Virus record (IMG/VR): IMGVR_UViG_3300032087_004351 | Span: 1 to 58,489 of that record | Strand: one strand, 5' to 3' | Length of the DNA: 58,489 nucleotides | DNA from: a virus | Taxonomy: Duplodnaviria > Caudoviricetes | Shown here: positions 23,783 to 33,400 of the stretch, one piece after another | How positions within the stretch are numbered: position 1 is the stretch's first letter | Layout of the letters: every line of letters begins with the position of its first letter | Notes under the pieces: generated by a model | What the model saw: the letters and a program-made list of their open reading frames with translations, nothing else | Databases searched by the model: none | Told to the model about the DNA's origin: nothing | Translations under genes and position numbers: made by a program

Positions 23783-23790
23783 CAAAAATA
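23783..23790 (-). promoter_or_regulatory. -7 promoter box
   Basis: TATTTTTG on the - strand, 4 nt before ATG 23778 and right after a terminator. Confidence 0.6.
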
Positions 23791-23791
23791 A

Positions 23792-23821
23792 GAAAAAAAG
23801 AAGGGGCCGAAGCCCCCTCTC
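23792..23821 (-). terminator. Rho-independent terminator
   Basis: - strand gagggggc-ttcg-gccccttc followed by ttttttt. Confidence 0.9.
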
Positions 23822-23907
23822 TAAGATTGCGAAGTTCCACAGTCAACTAACCCGTGTAACGGACCCAAGATAATACATCTGGGATATCCAGCATCTATCG
23901 ATCCTTT

Positions 23908-25800
23908 TCATCGTACTGGACATGCTCCGCCTTCGCAGTCGGCTATTTCTATATCCTCCATGTTGAGCTGAGTAAGGCTCGTGATTGGAGTACAGGCCTT
24001 CGACATCTCAAGCCACTGATCGTGAGTGATCTCCTCCATTGGAGCCTGATCGAATCCATGCTCGTTGTGTAGCAGAAAAGAAACCGACTTCACATTGATG
24101 TAGTTTTCATCAAGCCACGTCCTGATAGCGTCTAGCTCCTCTTTTCTGTAGTAAATTGTTACAGATACAGAATTGTCCGACCATTCAGCCTGTAGCCGCT
24201 TGATCACTTCAAGCTGATCAACGGCGCTCATGTCTTCGGCGAACGTTGTGCCAGCAGGGAACGAGCAAGGGAAGCTTACGACCACTGTGGAGTGGTCTTC
24301 CGTTCCGTCAAAGTTTCGGACATATTCTACGTGATACCCGTTGTCTCGGCACACGCCGACCAGCTCGCTATCTGCAGCCATTCTGATTCGTCGTATGTAG
24401 TACTGTGAATATCCTGGGTGTGCTCCTGGTGTAACGCCAGCAAGTAGAGACAGCGTTCCACTGGGCTTGACCGTCGTAAGTTTAATAGATGTTGGAAATC
24501 CGCAAATTCTAGAGTACTCTTGATCATATGCTCTCAGGTGATTGTAAACGGATGGGAGCCAGCTGCGTTGCTCTTCAGTAGCCTGAAGGTATCCAGTCAC
24601 ACCAATCCCCATACGCATGTTTTTATGAACGATATCCTCAGTTTCGGGAACCGCGCACTTGATCGCCAAGCTATGCTTATTGATACGGTATAGCAGTGTA
24701 GCAACATCTTTGAGCTCTCTCTCCGTCTCAATATTCGGTAGATAGATCTCAGCGAGACAACAGGTCTCAAATGGAGCAAGACTCTGTTCCGCACACGGGT
24801 TGTACCCCATGACGTCGGGGTCAGGGTACTTAACATCACCCGTCCTTCCCATACGACGCGAGGCTTCAAGATTGATGAGTCCGTATGGCTCTCCATTTCC
24901 TTTGTATCCTTCCCAGAATTCTTCAGGAAGTAAGGAGATGTCGTCGCATGCAACTGAGTTGTTGGACATGGCTCTCCAGTTAGGTATTCCTCCCAAGTCC
25001 CATCGCTTGGCTCGTAGGTATTCGATGTCATCATGATCTCCGATTGCAATTTGGGCAGACCGACGGACGTTACCTGCCACTACGATCTTGCCGATTATAT
25101 TCATAATGTCTAAGCAGTCAATGGGGCGCAAGCGCTTTCCGCTGCGCTCATTGAGGATGCGGTTGATCTCGTTCATTCCCCAGATAAGATCTCCAGGACC
25201 TGAAGCCGTGCCGCCGAATCCCTTGATAGGGGATCCTGCTGGCCGAACAAGAGAGGTATCGTACGTGAATCCATTGCCTGTAAAGAATGAGGCCTCTAAT
25301 ACGCGCTCAAGAAGCTCCGTCCAACCCTCACGAGAATCTGGCACGATGAAGTCCGCTCCATGATCCTCTACGTGTTGAACCTTAACCTTCTTCTTCACCT
25401 TAGGTAGTTGGTATACGTGCTCTCTCTGGATGTTAAATCCTACACCGCTCCCGAGCATGAGCATCTCAAATGCCCATGTGAAGGGGCGTACAGGTTCATC
25501 CACTACGGTGAATGCACAATTCTGCAGCGAAGGAAGACCGAGTCGGTCTACTGTCTTGGTGCCGAGTTGCCATAGGAATCGTCCAGCTACCGTGCCTTTC
25601 AGCTGCATCATCATCCGCTTGATGTCCTCTTGATCCTTCTCGTTGAAGTCACACTTGAGTTGCTTGTTGCACGCTTCGATCACGCGGTCTACTGTCTCCT
25701 CCCATTCCTCGGTTCGGTCTTTGATCGGGCGAGCATAGGTACGCTTATATGTGGCGTAGCCGACCTCACCCCAGGGGATTAGCTCTGGGTTATAAGTCAT
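23908..25800 (-). CDS. nrdJ: Class II (B12-dependent) ribonucleotide reductase
   Basis: 630 aa; 'LQNC', 'GNVRRSA', catalytic 'NPCAEQ', 'TTVKPSGT' and C-terminal 'CEGGACP'; no beta-subunit gene seen. Confidence 0.92.
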   Translation of the reverse strand: MTYNPELIPWGEVGYATYKRTYARPIKDRTEEWEETVDRVIEACNKQLKCDFNEKDQEDIKRMMMQLKGTVAGRFLWQLGTKTVDRLGLPSLQNCAFTVVDEPVRPFTWAFEMLMLGSGVGFNIQREHVYQLPKVKKKVKVQHVEDHGADFIVPDSREGWTELLERVLEASFFTGNGFTYDTSLVRPAGSPIKGFGGTASGPGDLIWGMNEINRILNERSGKRLRPIDCLDIMNIIGKIVVAGNVRRSAQIAIGDHDDIEYLRAKRWDLGGIPNWRAMSNNSVACDDISLLPEEFWEGYKGNGEPYGLINLEASRRMGRTGDVKYPDPDVMGYNPCAEQSLAPFETCCLAEIYLPNIETERELKDVATLLYRINKHSLAIKCAVPETEDIVHKNMRMGIGVTGYLQATEEQRSWLPSVYNHLRAYDQEYSRICGFPTSIKLTTVKPSGTLSLLAGVTPGAHPGYSQYYIRRIRMAADSELVGVCRDNGYHVEYVRNFDGTEDHSTVVVSFPCSFPAGTTFAEDMSAVDQLEVIKRLQAEWSDNSVSVTIYYRKEELDAIRTWLDENYINVKSVSFLLHNEHGFDQAPMEEITHDQWLEMSKACTPITSLTQLNMEDIEIADCEGGACPVR

Positions 25801-25843
25801 GTTTTAAGGTTTGTTTTTTAAAAAAGCGGACAGCTAATGTACG

Positions 25844-26347
25844 TCAATATCTCTTATCATACTCCCATACTCGGTACGAAAGTAAACTCTTGATATCGTG
25901 CAATTTGAGGATCGTAATTACATCCTGCCTGTCCTTACGGGTGTACTTTTTAAGGTACGCTTCGCGTTTGTCAGTGACTACTTCGTCTCTGACGTGTTTC
26001 TCGCAGAAGAAAGCTAACTCTTCTCGATCAACGATGGAAAACCCACCTTCCTCTGGCATATCGAAAGCGATGATCGTTGCACCGCCGTATAACCAGCCTG
26101 GGTTTCCCTTTACGTTCTTGAATTCACACCAGATTTCGTCTGGCAGATTGTTTCCCTTTACGTCAACACCCCACTTCTTGTCTCCGCTAAGCGCTAGCCA
26201 ATAGTCGATGTGTTGGTGTATGTCTTCGGTGTGTGACGACTTGGTCACAAGCAGGCCTTTGTTTCTTGCAGCACGCACAAACCTGACCTCCGCTACCCTT
26301 CCTGTACTTCCAGAATAAGCCCTCCGTTTAGAGCTTATATTGGCCAC
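25844..26347 (-). CDS. Putative PD-(D/E)xK-family nuclease
   Basis: 'HIDYW...GVDVKG...WCEFKNV..GWL' pattern. Confidence 0.55.
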   Translation of the reverse strand: MANISSKRRAYSGSTGRVAEVRFVRAARNKGLLVTKSSHTEDIHQHIDYWLALSGDKKWGVDVKGNNLPDEIWCEFKNVKGNPGWLYGGATIIAFDMPEEGGFSIVDREELAFFCEKHVRDEVVTDKREAYLKKYTRKDRQDVITILKLHDIKSLLSYRVWEYDKRY

Positions 26348-26546
26348 TATACTCTCCGATAAGTTCTCGAATAAGGTCTATCTCGTTGTTGACCCATTCT
26401 CGAAAGTCTCGAATGTTTTGCTCGGTCTCCAATATATCGGCGTGAGGCTCCCCGTCGGGGTGCATAGCCTCATACATATCTGTGGTCGCTTGGTGTATGC
26501 GGTCACATGCTGTATGTATCCTTTGACTTAGTTCAAATATCTCCAC
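26328..26546 (-). CDS. Hypothetical protein
   Basis: 72-aa ORF coupled to both neighbours. Confidence 0.55.
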   Translation of the reverse strand: MEIFELSQRIHTACDRIHQATTDMYEAMHPDGEPHADILETEQNIRDFREWVNNEIDLIRELIGEYSGQYKL

Positions 26547-26994
26547 TTTTAATTGATTTTAGTATTTCTTGGATAGCATGGTCTACCTGACCGCTATTCT
26601 TGGCTAAAAATACAATCGTATTGGAGTCATTTCCAACTAAATGCCTAAGAAAAAGCTTCCACCTCATGGGAAAATCGTGATGAGAGGGTAAATACCCTTT
26701 CGTTTCGATGATCCAATCGTGATCCCGCCCCACAAAATCAGGCTTGTATGTAATAGGAAGAATGAGGGACCCTGATCGGTCCCTCATCTCCTTCCCTTTG
26801 GAAGTCATCTTAAAGTACTTGTTTGGGAATCGGAACTTTTCCATCAACTCAAAGGTGTGTTCCTCATAGTCAAAAGCTAGCCCGTATTCTTTCAGTTGAT
26901 CAGCACAGTACTTCTCTAGAGAACTTGCGTAACGACCCAGGTGCTTTTTGCGAGCACTGGATCGCTTCCGCGTTGTCTTCTTCTGTCTCTTCAT
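26533..26994 (-). CDS. Endonuclease I-like Holliday junction resolvase
   Basis: 'YASSLE', 'YKPDF' and 'IIETKG' motifs as in the T7 endonuclease I family. Confidence 0.7.
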   Translation of the reverse strand: MKRQKKTTRKRSSARKKHLGRYASSLEKYCADQLKEYGLAFDYEEHTFELMEKFRFPNKYFKMTSKGKEMRDRSGSLILPITYKPDFVGRDHDWIIETKGYLPSHHDFPMRWKLFLRHLVGNDSNTIVFLAKNSGQVDHAIQEILKSIKSGDI

Positions 26995-27025
26995 ATACCG
27001 AAGGTACCAAAGAAAAAATGCAAAG

Positions 27026-28831
27026 TCAATTTTTCTGTTTGAAGAACTCTAGATTGATGGGCATTATGGATTCTTTTGAAAAGTCAATCGGCTCATACAG
27101 AGAACGTTTGCCAATTCTGTTTGTGAATCCAGTGTGAGAAAGGTTCATGCAGAACACGTACGGATCCTCCAGTGGAGTAGGCTGACCGCCTGTCTCTACC
27201 TCACGCACCTTCCTGACATGTAACTCGCTCATTTTGCGTATGTCATGGTCTGGCGCTTGAACCTTTCGGTGAATTGTCATGAAGCAATCAGCTCTGTTTA
27301 CGAACTTTCCACCACCTTCTGTGTCTTCAGCGTACGGAGCAACAGGCAATCCATCAGGACCCTTGCGTCTCTGCGCCTCAGTTACAGCGTGCATGTTAAG
27401 CCACACAGCCAAGTCATTAGCCTTGCTGAACGTCAGGAACTCGCTCGCTGCTTCGTAGTGGTAGTCGTGTACCCCTATGCTCGCATTCCGCATATCCAGT
27501 TTTAGACTGTTGTACGGATCCACGAAGATCGCGTCCAGTGGCTGCTGACGTAAAATCTTTTCCATGAAAAGAATGATGTCTGCGTACGTGTAGATTTGAT
27601 TGTTGTTGATGATAGTGAAGTGCTCTCCTACCCATTTGTATGCTTGTTTACGTTCTAAATAAGTCATGTCGACGACCTTTTTGTCAAGAGCAAACTGCAT
27701 GAGAGTCATCTTGACAGAGGCTGTCTTGTTTTCTGAAGAATAAATAGCCCATTTCCAGCCGTGTCTGATTGCTGAGTTAGCAATCATGTACAGCATGGTC
27801 GTAGTCTTACCTACATTCGAGTGGCCGTTGACGATAACGAACTCTTTCTTGTATCGGAAGAACTCGTCAAGCTTAGGATCGCCAGTGTCAAGACCGACTT
27901 GAATCTTTCCTTGAGAGTAGTCGTCAATCCAACGGAAGTCTTCGTCATCCGACGAGATGAATGACATGTCCCCGTCATTGAGGAGCATCTCACGCTGAAT
28001 TGATTTCTCTTCTTCGATGACATCTCGGATGGGCATGTTCTTGCCTATCTCGATCCCGTCAAGGATCGTGTTAAGCGCATGCTCTTCGCTGTCAATGTCA
28101 CGCTTGCATATCTCTCTGTGCAGGATCCGTACGACCTCGTCTTGTTCCATCTTGCCTGCGGCTATGTAACCACCACACAATCTAGAAGCATTGACCAACA
28201 CGCGATGCTTGTCCCCGTCTTCCGCATTTCTGATCATGCGGGCAGCTAGGTTGAGCTTCATGTAGTCGGTATAGTCGTACGCTTCGTTCACTGGGATTTG
28301 CGCCTCAGCAAACTCAGTACTAAAGTGACCGAATCTTCGGAAGTCGTCCTTGATAATGATGTCTGGGTCGTGCGATTCAAAGCACGCCCGAGACTCATTG
28401 ATGCCTGACTCGTCGAGCTCTAATCCGTGCGTCCTTTCGAAGTACTTGATAAGCGCTCTAAAGTGGTCTCGATGTCGTTCAGGGTGCGTAATCTTGACCA
28501 GAGCCTTGACTCCTTGGCCGCTAGGCGACGTCCAGCATGAATGAATAAAATCATCCGTTGCAAGAGACCTTTTGGTCGCGTCAACATCAACGTGATCAAA
28601 GTCGAGTACAATAAAACCCGAATGTTCGAAGAGCGCGTCATCCGCCCTTGACGAAAACTCCCCGCTGAAGCAAACAACGGGGAGCTCTTTCTTTTTGTCT
28701 TTATCACCTTGCCTAACTTCAGATACCAGAGTACTCGATTTCCCATTCTGTATCCTCTCCAAAGCTTGTTGAAGTGGTATGTAGTGTGGGTTTGTTTTGT
28801 CGAACACGTTCTTGAATATCGTTACTTGCAT
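27026..28831 (-). CDS. Primase (VirE N-terminal/BT4734-like) fused to an SF4 DnaB-like helicase
   Basis: 'KKELPVVCFSG', 'LDFDH', 'SPSGQGVK'; Walker A 'GHSNVGKTT', 'FVDPYN'; start set at ATG 28831. Confidence 0.82.
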   Translation of the reverse strand: MQVTIFKNVFDKTNPHYIPLQQALERIQNGKSSTLVSEVRQGDKDKKKELPVVCFSGEFSSRADDALFEHSGFIVLDFDHVDVDATKRSLATDDFIHSCWTSPSGQGVKALVKITHPERHRDHFRALIKYFERTHGLELDESGINESRACFESHDPDIIIKDDFRRFGHFSTEFAEAQIPVNEAYDYTDYMKLNLAARMIRNAEDGDKHRVLVNASRLCGGYIAAGKMEQDEVVRILHREICKRDIDSEEHALNTILDGIEIGKNMPIRDVIEEEKSIQREMLLNDGDMSFISSDDEDFRWIDDYSQGKIQVGLDTGDPKLDEFFRYKKEFVIVNGHSNVGKTTTMLYMIANSAIRHGWKWAIYSSENKTASVKMTLMQFALDKKVVDMTYLERKQAYKWVGEHFTIINNNQIYTYADIILFMEKILRQQPLDAIFVDPYNSLKLDMRNASIGVHDYHYEAASEFLTFSKANDLAVWLNMHAVTEAQRRKGPDGLPVAPYAEDTEGGGKFVNRADCFMTIHRKVQAPDHDIRKMSELHVRKVREVETGGQPTPLEDPYVFCMNLSHTGFTNRIGKRSLYEPIDFSKESIMPINLEFFKQKN

Positions 28832-29084
28832 CTTCGTTGGCAATCATGAGGAGGATAAGGTATCCAGCGAGGTCTTGCAACGTATCCTCCGTTGCGTCTA
28901 CGAGACCTGCATTTTTAATTCTCTTAAGCTTGTCGTCTATTCTCATTTTGATACCAGCGACAGCATTCGCCTCAGAGAAGATGTTTAAGGGATCTAGAGC
29001 TGAGTTTCCGTACTTAGAGTTCTTCATTAGAAGAAGTTCTTCCAAGGCCTTACACTTGCTCTTGATTTTGTTTCTTGTGCTCAT
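28719..29084 (-). CDS. DUF1599-like nucleotide-modification-associated protein
   Basis: 'KNSKYGNS...RIDDKLKRI...EDTLQDLAGYLIL'. Confidence 0.65.
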   Translation of the reverse strand: MSTRNKIKSKCKALEELLLMKNSKYGNSALDPLNIFSEANAVAGIKMRIDDKLKRIKNAGLVDATEDTLQDLAGYLILLMIANEDASNDIQERVRQNKPTLHTTSTSFGEDTEWEIEYSGI

Positions 29085-29307
29085 CTAGCGAGAGGTTTGA
29101 GTGTGAAATAAATTTCTTGTCGATGATTTTCCGAATGATGATATGCTTCTCCGACTTTGCGTTCTTGCCGTATAGCTCTACTTCGAGTCTGTGCATGGTG
29201 TGGTAGTCGTATTTGCGTATGTCATTCGGGTCATCGAAGACGGATACTATCCACACAACACGCTCGTGTACAACCTTCCGTTTCTTGAAGGCGACACGAG
29301 CGGTCAT
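29050..29307 (-). CDS. Hypothetical protein
   Basis: Basic ORF in the replication operon; start uncertain (29307 or 29343). Confidence 0.5.
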   Translation of the reverse strand: MTARVAFKKRKVVHERVVWIVSVFDDPNDIRKYDYHTMHRLEVELYGKNAKSEKHIIIRKIIDKKFISHSNLSLDEHKKQNQEQV

Positions 29308-29326
29308 GTAGTAGATAGGCGCCCCC

Positions 29327-29644
29327 TTAGAAGGGGAGGTCATCAGTCTCAGCTACTGGCTGAGGAGCTTGCGCTGCCTGAGCCTTAGCCTCACGCTTGG
29401 CCTGAGCCGCTGCGCTGTTCGGATCGAACACGGAGCAGCATGGTTTACCATTCTTACTGAAGAACAGTTTGAGGTATACATTGCCACCCTGACCCTGTTC
29501 ATTCACGGATGTCGTGTACTTGTCGATCATCTCTTGAAGCTCAGAGGCTTTGAGTTTGACGGACCAGCTTGACAGGTTGTCCTCGTAATAACGAGGTTCT
29601 TCGGTGTACCCTACGAGTACTGAATCATATTGCTTATCGCTCAT
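29327..29644 (-). CDS. Putative single-stranded DNA-binding protein
   Basis: C-terminal acidic 'ETDDLPF' tail; lies next to the annealing protein and exonuclease. Confidence 0.6.
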   Translation of the reverse strand: MSDKQYDSVLVGYTEEPRYYEDNLSSWSVKLKASELQEMIDKYTTSVNEQGQGGNVYLKLFFSKNGKPCCSVFDPNSAAAQAKREAKAQAAQAPQPVAETDDLPF

Positions 29645-29731
29645 GATGAAAAAAATTAAATTGGTAAAAGGTTTACAATAGTGTAGTGAACGCAGAACGC
29701 TAGAAGCGCATACCACGTGTAAATAAAAGTC

Positions 29732-30502
29732 TTATACAATAAATTCCGCATAGTGTGTCTCTGTATTTTGTCCACCATCTAACCATGTTTTGATGTTTTC
29801 GATGGCTTCGTGAAACTTCATCTCCCCTTTGAATAGGGTTTCTTCTGAACACTTGACGTCTGCAGGGAAGAAAGGATATGCCTTCTCTTGCACAACCCAG
29901 TAGAAATCCTTGATGTCGAACACCTTGGTGTACACATACGCTTGGATGTCATAGCTGAAGCTATTGACGTCGTACCTAAACTTATCGATAGAGCGTGAGG
30001 ATTTAGAGTCGATGATGGAGTCATCCTGTAGGCAGTCGAGGAATCCCTTCAAGGGAATTCCGTCGACGTCCACATTGAACTCTACCTGAAACTTACCACC
30101 CTCAAATCGCTTATCATATAAGCCACATTCTTTGAGGCGCTTGATCATGTCATTGGCACGTCTCCACTCTTCGTTACTGACCAGCTCTTTGCTAGTCGTG
30201 TCCATAGAGTCGAGAGTTTCTGCCTTCCATTCACGATACTTCTTTGTATTGCGTGGTGACTTGCCTCCAATCTCTTGGATGATTTTCTCATCGTCGAGAG
30301 TGTAGTATGTCTCGTGCGCCTTCTCTGGCTCAAACAAAAGCATGTCGTACAGGGTGCCGAAGTACAGAGCTTCTGACTCCTTCTTCAGTTGTCCCCGCAT
30401 GTACATCTCCCAGAGCTTCATGTCTCCGAGAGCGTACTTGAGTGAGGAGTACGAGAGGTGGGGCTTGCCCACACTCTCTGTAAGTTTCTCCCGTAGACTC
30501 AT
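29732..30502 (-). CDS. PD-(D/E)xK exonuclease (RecE/DUF3799-like)
   Basis: 'HLSYSSLK', 'LKGFLD', 'IIDSKS', 'YDIQAYVY'. Confidence 0.75.
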   Translation of the reverse strand: MSLREKLTESVGKPHLSYSSLKYALGDMKLWEMYMRGQLKKESEALYFGTLYDMLLFEPEKAHETYYTLDDEKIIQEIGGKSPRNTKKYREWKAETLDSMDTTSKELVSNEEWRRANDMIKRLKECGLYDKRFEGGKFQVEFNVDVDGIPLKGFLDCLQDDSIIDSKSSRSIDKFRYDVNSFSYDIQAYVYTKVFDIKDFYWVVQEKAYPFFPADVKCSEETLFKGEMKFHEAIENIKTWLDGGQNTETHYAEFIV

Positions 30503-31053
30503 CGCACAAACTTCTTGAGTCCAGCTACTTGCTTCTCGGTAAGTTGGTCCCCGTACTTCTTGGTGACAGAATCAAATGCTTTGCGCTTGTCTGTCTGACC
30601 CTTGATGTAGGCGACCGCCTTGTCCATGATGTTTTCTACTGGCGCGTCGAGCGCCTTACTAAGCTTTTGAACATGAGGGTTCTGAGCGATGGCCTCTTGT
30701 TTGGCGATGGCGTCCTCGACTTCATTAGCTGACGCAATTGACGTGTCGATTCCGATTCCGAGCATTGCCAACGCTCTTCCGACAGCGGATGTTTCACAAT
30801 TTTCGACATAGGATGTTTTGTTGATGTTTGATGAACCCTTCTCTTCGTGGGCATGGCCCTGAGCTACGACCTGACCCGCAGGGGTAGTGATCGTACACAA
30901 GCAAAGACATTGGGTGTCGTCGATGACTGGGAATTCCGTCAGAATACCCCAGTCCTTATATCGCTCCTCTTGTCGGAAGAACTTAATACGCTCGTTTACT
31001 TCGACGTACTGCTTGCCACGGATGTTCGTGGTCTTGAACTTGTAATTAGACAT
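30499..31053 (-). CDS. Putative single-strand annealing protein (Sak/Rad52-like)
   Basis: 'GKQYVEVNERI' and 'ENCETSAVGRAL'; coupled to the exonuclease gene. Confidence 0.65.
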   Translation of the reverse strand: MSNYKFKTTNIRGKQYVEVNERIKFFRQEERYKDWGILTEFPVIDDTQCLCLCTITTPAGQVVAQGHAHEEKGSSNINKTSYVENCETSAVGRALAMLGIGIDTSIASANEVEDAIAKQEAIAQNPHVQKLSKALDAPVENIMDKAVAYIKGQTDKRKAFDSVTKKYGDQLTEKQVAGLKKFVR

Positions 31054-31073
31054 TGAATTAAATTAGATTGAAA

Positions 31074-31081
31074 CAAAGATA
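31074..31081 (-). promoter_or_regulatory. -7 promoter box for the recombination/replication operon
   Basis: TATCTTTG on the - strand in the intergenic gap. Confidence 0.65.
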
Positions 31082-31092
31082 TCACACGCTAC

Positions 31093-31539
31093 TCACACTT
31101 CCAACTGAAGCGAAAGATTTTTCATCATGTTGTCACGCCTGCTTTGCAGGGCTTCGATGGTCCTTTCGATGGATTCGATTTCAGTTTGTACACAATTAAC
31201 TGACTCGGTGTGCATAATGCGTGGTAACAAACCATACTTGGATGCGAATCGCTCAACCACACGTAGTGCAATCGAATAGTTGAATCGGTATGCTGGAGAG
31301 TACTTCATATGTGTGTCGTGCTCTCGTAGGCAGTGAACGATTGTTGTGTGGTTTATCTTGCCCGTCATTTTGGCTAACTGCATATGGGTTGCATATGGTC
31401 TTGCCGCATTGACTAGTGCAACACGCAGCTCCACCTTGTCGCGAACCCTAGACTTGGGGTCGATGGTGTCGCCTACCTCATCCTCGTAGGATATACGCAT
31501 TCGTTCCAGCAGTTGGTCAATTTTAATTTTCATATTCAT
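31093..31539 (-). CDS. Putative DNA-binding protein (DnaA C-terminal-like HTH)
   Basis: 'QLAKMTGKINHTTIVH' resembles the DnaA domain IV 'DHTTV.H' motif. Confidence 0.5.
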   Translation of the reverse strand: MNMKIKIDQLLERMRISYEDEVGDTIDPKSRVRDKVELRVALVNAARPYATHMQLAKMTGKINHTTIVHCLREHDTHMKYSPAYRFNYSIALRVVERFASKYGLLPRIMHTESVNCVQTEIESIERTIEALQSRRDNMMKNLSLQLEV

Positions 31540-31900
31540 ATAGTGCTTGTGCTTGTTCGCGAACCTCTAGGTAAGCTAGGAGTGAGCGCATGATGCTCAT
31601 CATTCCTTCTCTGAACCCTTCGATGCTCTCAAGCGTTTCGATTCTCATAGATTGCTCGACTCCGAGTTCGGCTAGCTCATCCTCCTGCGACAATAGATTG
31701 CCAAGGTCGCGGACTAGTTCTTTGGAGACCTCTTCGGTCACCTCTACGTAACTAGCCACGATAACTTCTGCGGGAAGGTCTAGCCATTGCTCGAAACCGA
31801 ATTCACCTATGTCTTGCATAATCATACCGAATGCAGATTGCTTTGCGCTATCTCCGTCAAGGTATTCGCGCATCCAGTCAATCACTTCGATCTTTGTCAT
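31523..31900 (-). CDS. Hypothetical acidic protein
   Basis: 125-aa ORF in the early/middle gene run. Confidence 0.6.
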   Translation of the reverse strand: MTKIEVIDWMREYLDGDSAKQSAFGMIMQDIGEFGFEQWLDLPAEVIVASYVEVTEEVSKELVRDLGNLLSQEDELAELGVEQSMRIETLESIEGFREGMMSIMRSLLAYLEVREQAQALYEYEN

Positions 31901-32171
31901 TGGCGTTGTTTAGTTTTTTAAGTTCACGTTCCATTAGCCTGCGTCTGGCTCTTGCATTTTTAGGTTGCTTCGCTATGTTGCGGAGGAACCTCTCGAATTT
32001 ATCCATATAGTTGGTATTAAGTGTATTCGTCTTTGATTCTAAGTTTTTGTTTTGCGTCGTAGTCCTGAAGAAGAAGCATGACGACTTGCTTGTTCCATTT
32101 TGTTGGCTCTCGCTCTGCTCTATCCATTGCGGCTTCAATCTTTTGCCACAACATGCTCATGTATTCGTCAG

Positions 32172-32579
32172 TCACGGATAGAGGTTTTCGATAATCTCAC
32201 AAAGCTCTTCATTTGACATCTTGTTTTCACGAACAAGTCGAGAGCACTTGACAATGACGTTCATTGTTGTTACGACATTTTCTGTTGGGGGACTTTCTGT
32301 TTCGACTTCTTGTTCTCGGTTGAAATCAAGCGTCAACTCTCCACGTCTGACTCTCTTGTTGATTGCAGTTTGCACATTCTTGAAGGGCATTCCTATTGTG
32401 TTGATTGAGAATTCATTGAGGGTGTTTGCTTCGCCTTTGCTCAGTTGTTTGTAAGAAAGAAACAACTCACCTTCTCTTGTGCCTGACTTTACTTTTCCGA
32501 CAGATGTTTTGTTGAACTGCGACTGAAAGAAGTTTTCAATGTCGTTGACGGTTTCTTGTGTGTATTTAACGGGTGTCAT
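32172..32579 (-). CDS. Hypothetical protein
   Basis: 135-aa ORF. Confidence 0.6.
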   Translation of the reverse strand: MTPVKYTQETVNDIENFFQSQFNKTSVGKVKSGTREGELFLSYKQLSKGEANTLNEFSINTIGMPFKNVQTAINKRVRRGELTLDFNREQEVETESPPTENVVTTMNVIVKCSRLVRENKMSNEELCEIIENLYP

Positions 32580-32748
32580 CTGATATTAATTGATTGATAA
32601 AATTTGTGATTGGGTCGTTGGGGTCGTGTTCGTAGCATGAGCAATACCTTGGTGGCTTTCTATTGTAATGACGTTGGTATAGTTTGTCGTCAGTTACACC
32701 GCCACACACTGGACATCTGCCGCGCTCGATGTATTCTTCAATCTTCAT
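32566..32748 (-). CDS. Small Zn-ribbon-like protein
   Basis: 'CPVCGG...YCSC'; start uncertain. Confidence 0.5.
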   Translation of the reverse strand: MKIEEYIERGRCPVCGGVTDDKLYQRHYNRKPPRYCSCYEHDPNDPITNFINQLISDDTR

Positions 32749-33400
32749 TCTGCTGGTCATCAATCCCGTGGATGCGGCACTCAAAATTCAAGTTCTCCAT
32801 TAACCCCTTGAGGTTGTTGGTAACCGATTCTGCCTCGTAGCTACCCACCTTGTCCCGAATCCAGTCGAGGTCGAGGTGTTCAGAGAGGTCGACGTACTGC
32901 GTGTACTCCACCTCGAAGTTACCCATGCACTCCCTGTCGCTGATTTCAATGTCAGAGGCATTTTCAAGTTCATAGCAAGCGTCCTCAACACCCTGCTTGA
33001 TACCCTCACGGAAGATGGCGATGGCTACGTCACGAGGGATGACTGGCATCGTGGGCGTCAACACTTGGCCCTTCAGTTGGTCTTCAAGGGACTTTGTTTG
33101 TTCGAGTTCTGCCTTGAGATTGTCTACTTCTTTCTTCCACGCTTCTGCTTGGGATGTCTTGACGGTGAGGTCGCGCTCCAGCCGTACGATGTCGTCGTAC
33201 TGACCCTGCACCTTGGATTCGAGCTCTTGTACCTGCTTGGTCAGTGACTCTTCACGTCCTGTGCGCTCTTCGTATTCTTTCTTTGCCATTTCTTGCCTGA
33301 ATTGCATTGATTCGATTGTTGATTGTGCCGCAGAGATAGCGTTCTCTGCGTAGCGGATAGCCGCTTCGAGTTCGTTCTTGGATTCTTGAAATGAGTTCAT
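32738..33400 (-). CDS. Coiled-coil hypothetical protein
   Basis: 220 aa with a long heptad-rich N-terminal half. Confidence 0.65.
   Translation of the reverse strand: MNSFQESKNELEAAIRYAENAISAAQSTIESMQFRQEMAKKEYEERTGREESLTKQVQELESKVQGQYDDIVRLERDLTVKTSQAEAWKKEVDNLKAELEQTKSLEDQLKGQVLTPTMPVIPRDVAIAIFREGIKQGVEDACYELENASDIEISDRECMGNFEVEYTQYVDLSEHLDLDWIRDKVGSYEAESVTNNLKGLMENLNFECRIHGIDDQQNED

Noticed and set aside
28719-28831. 113-nt same-strand overlap of the DUF1599-like gene and the primase-helicase
   Set aside because: The recognisable domain ends at the primase start; the extension is probably incidental
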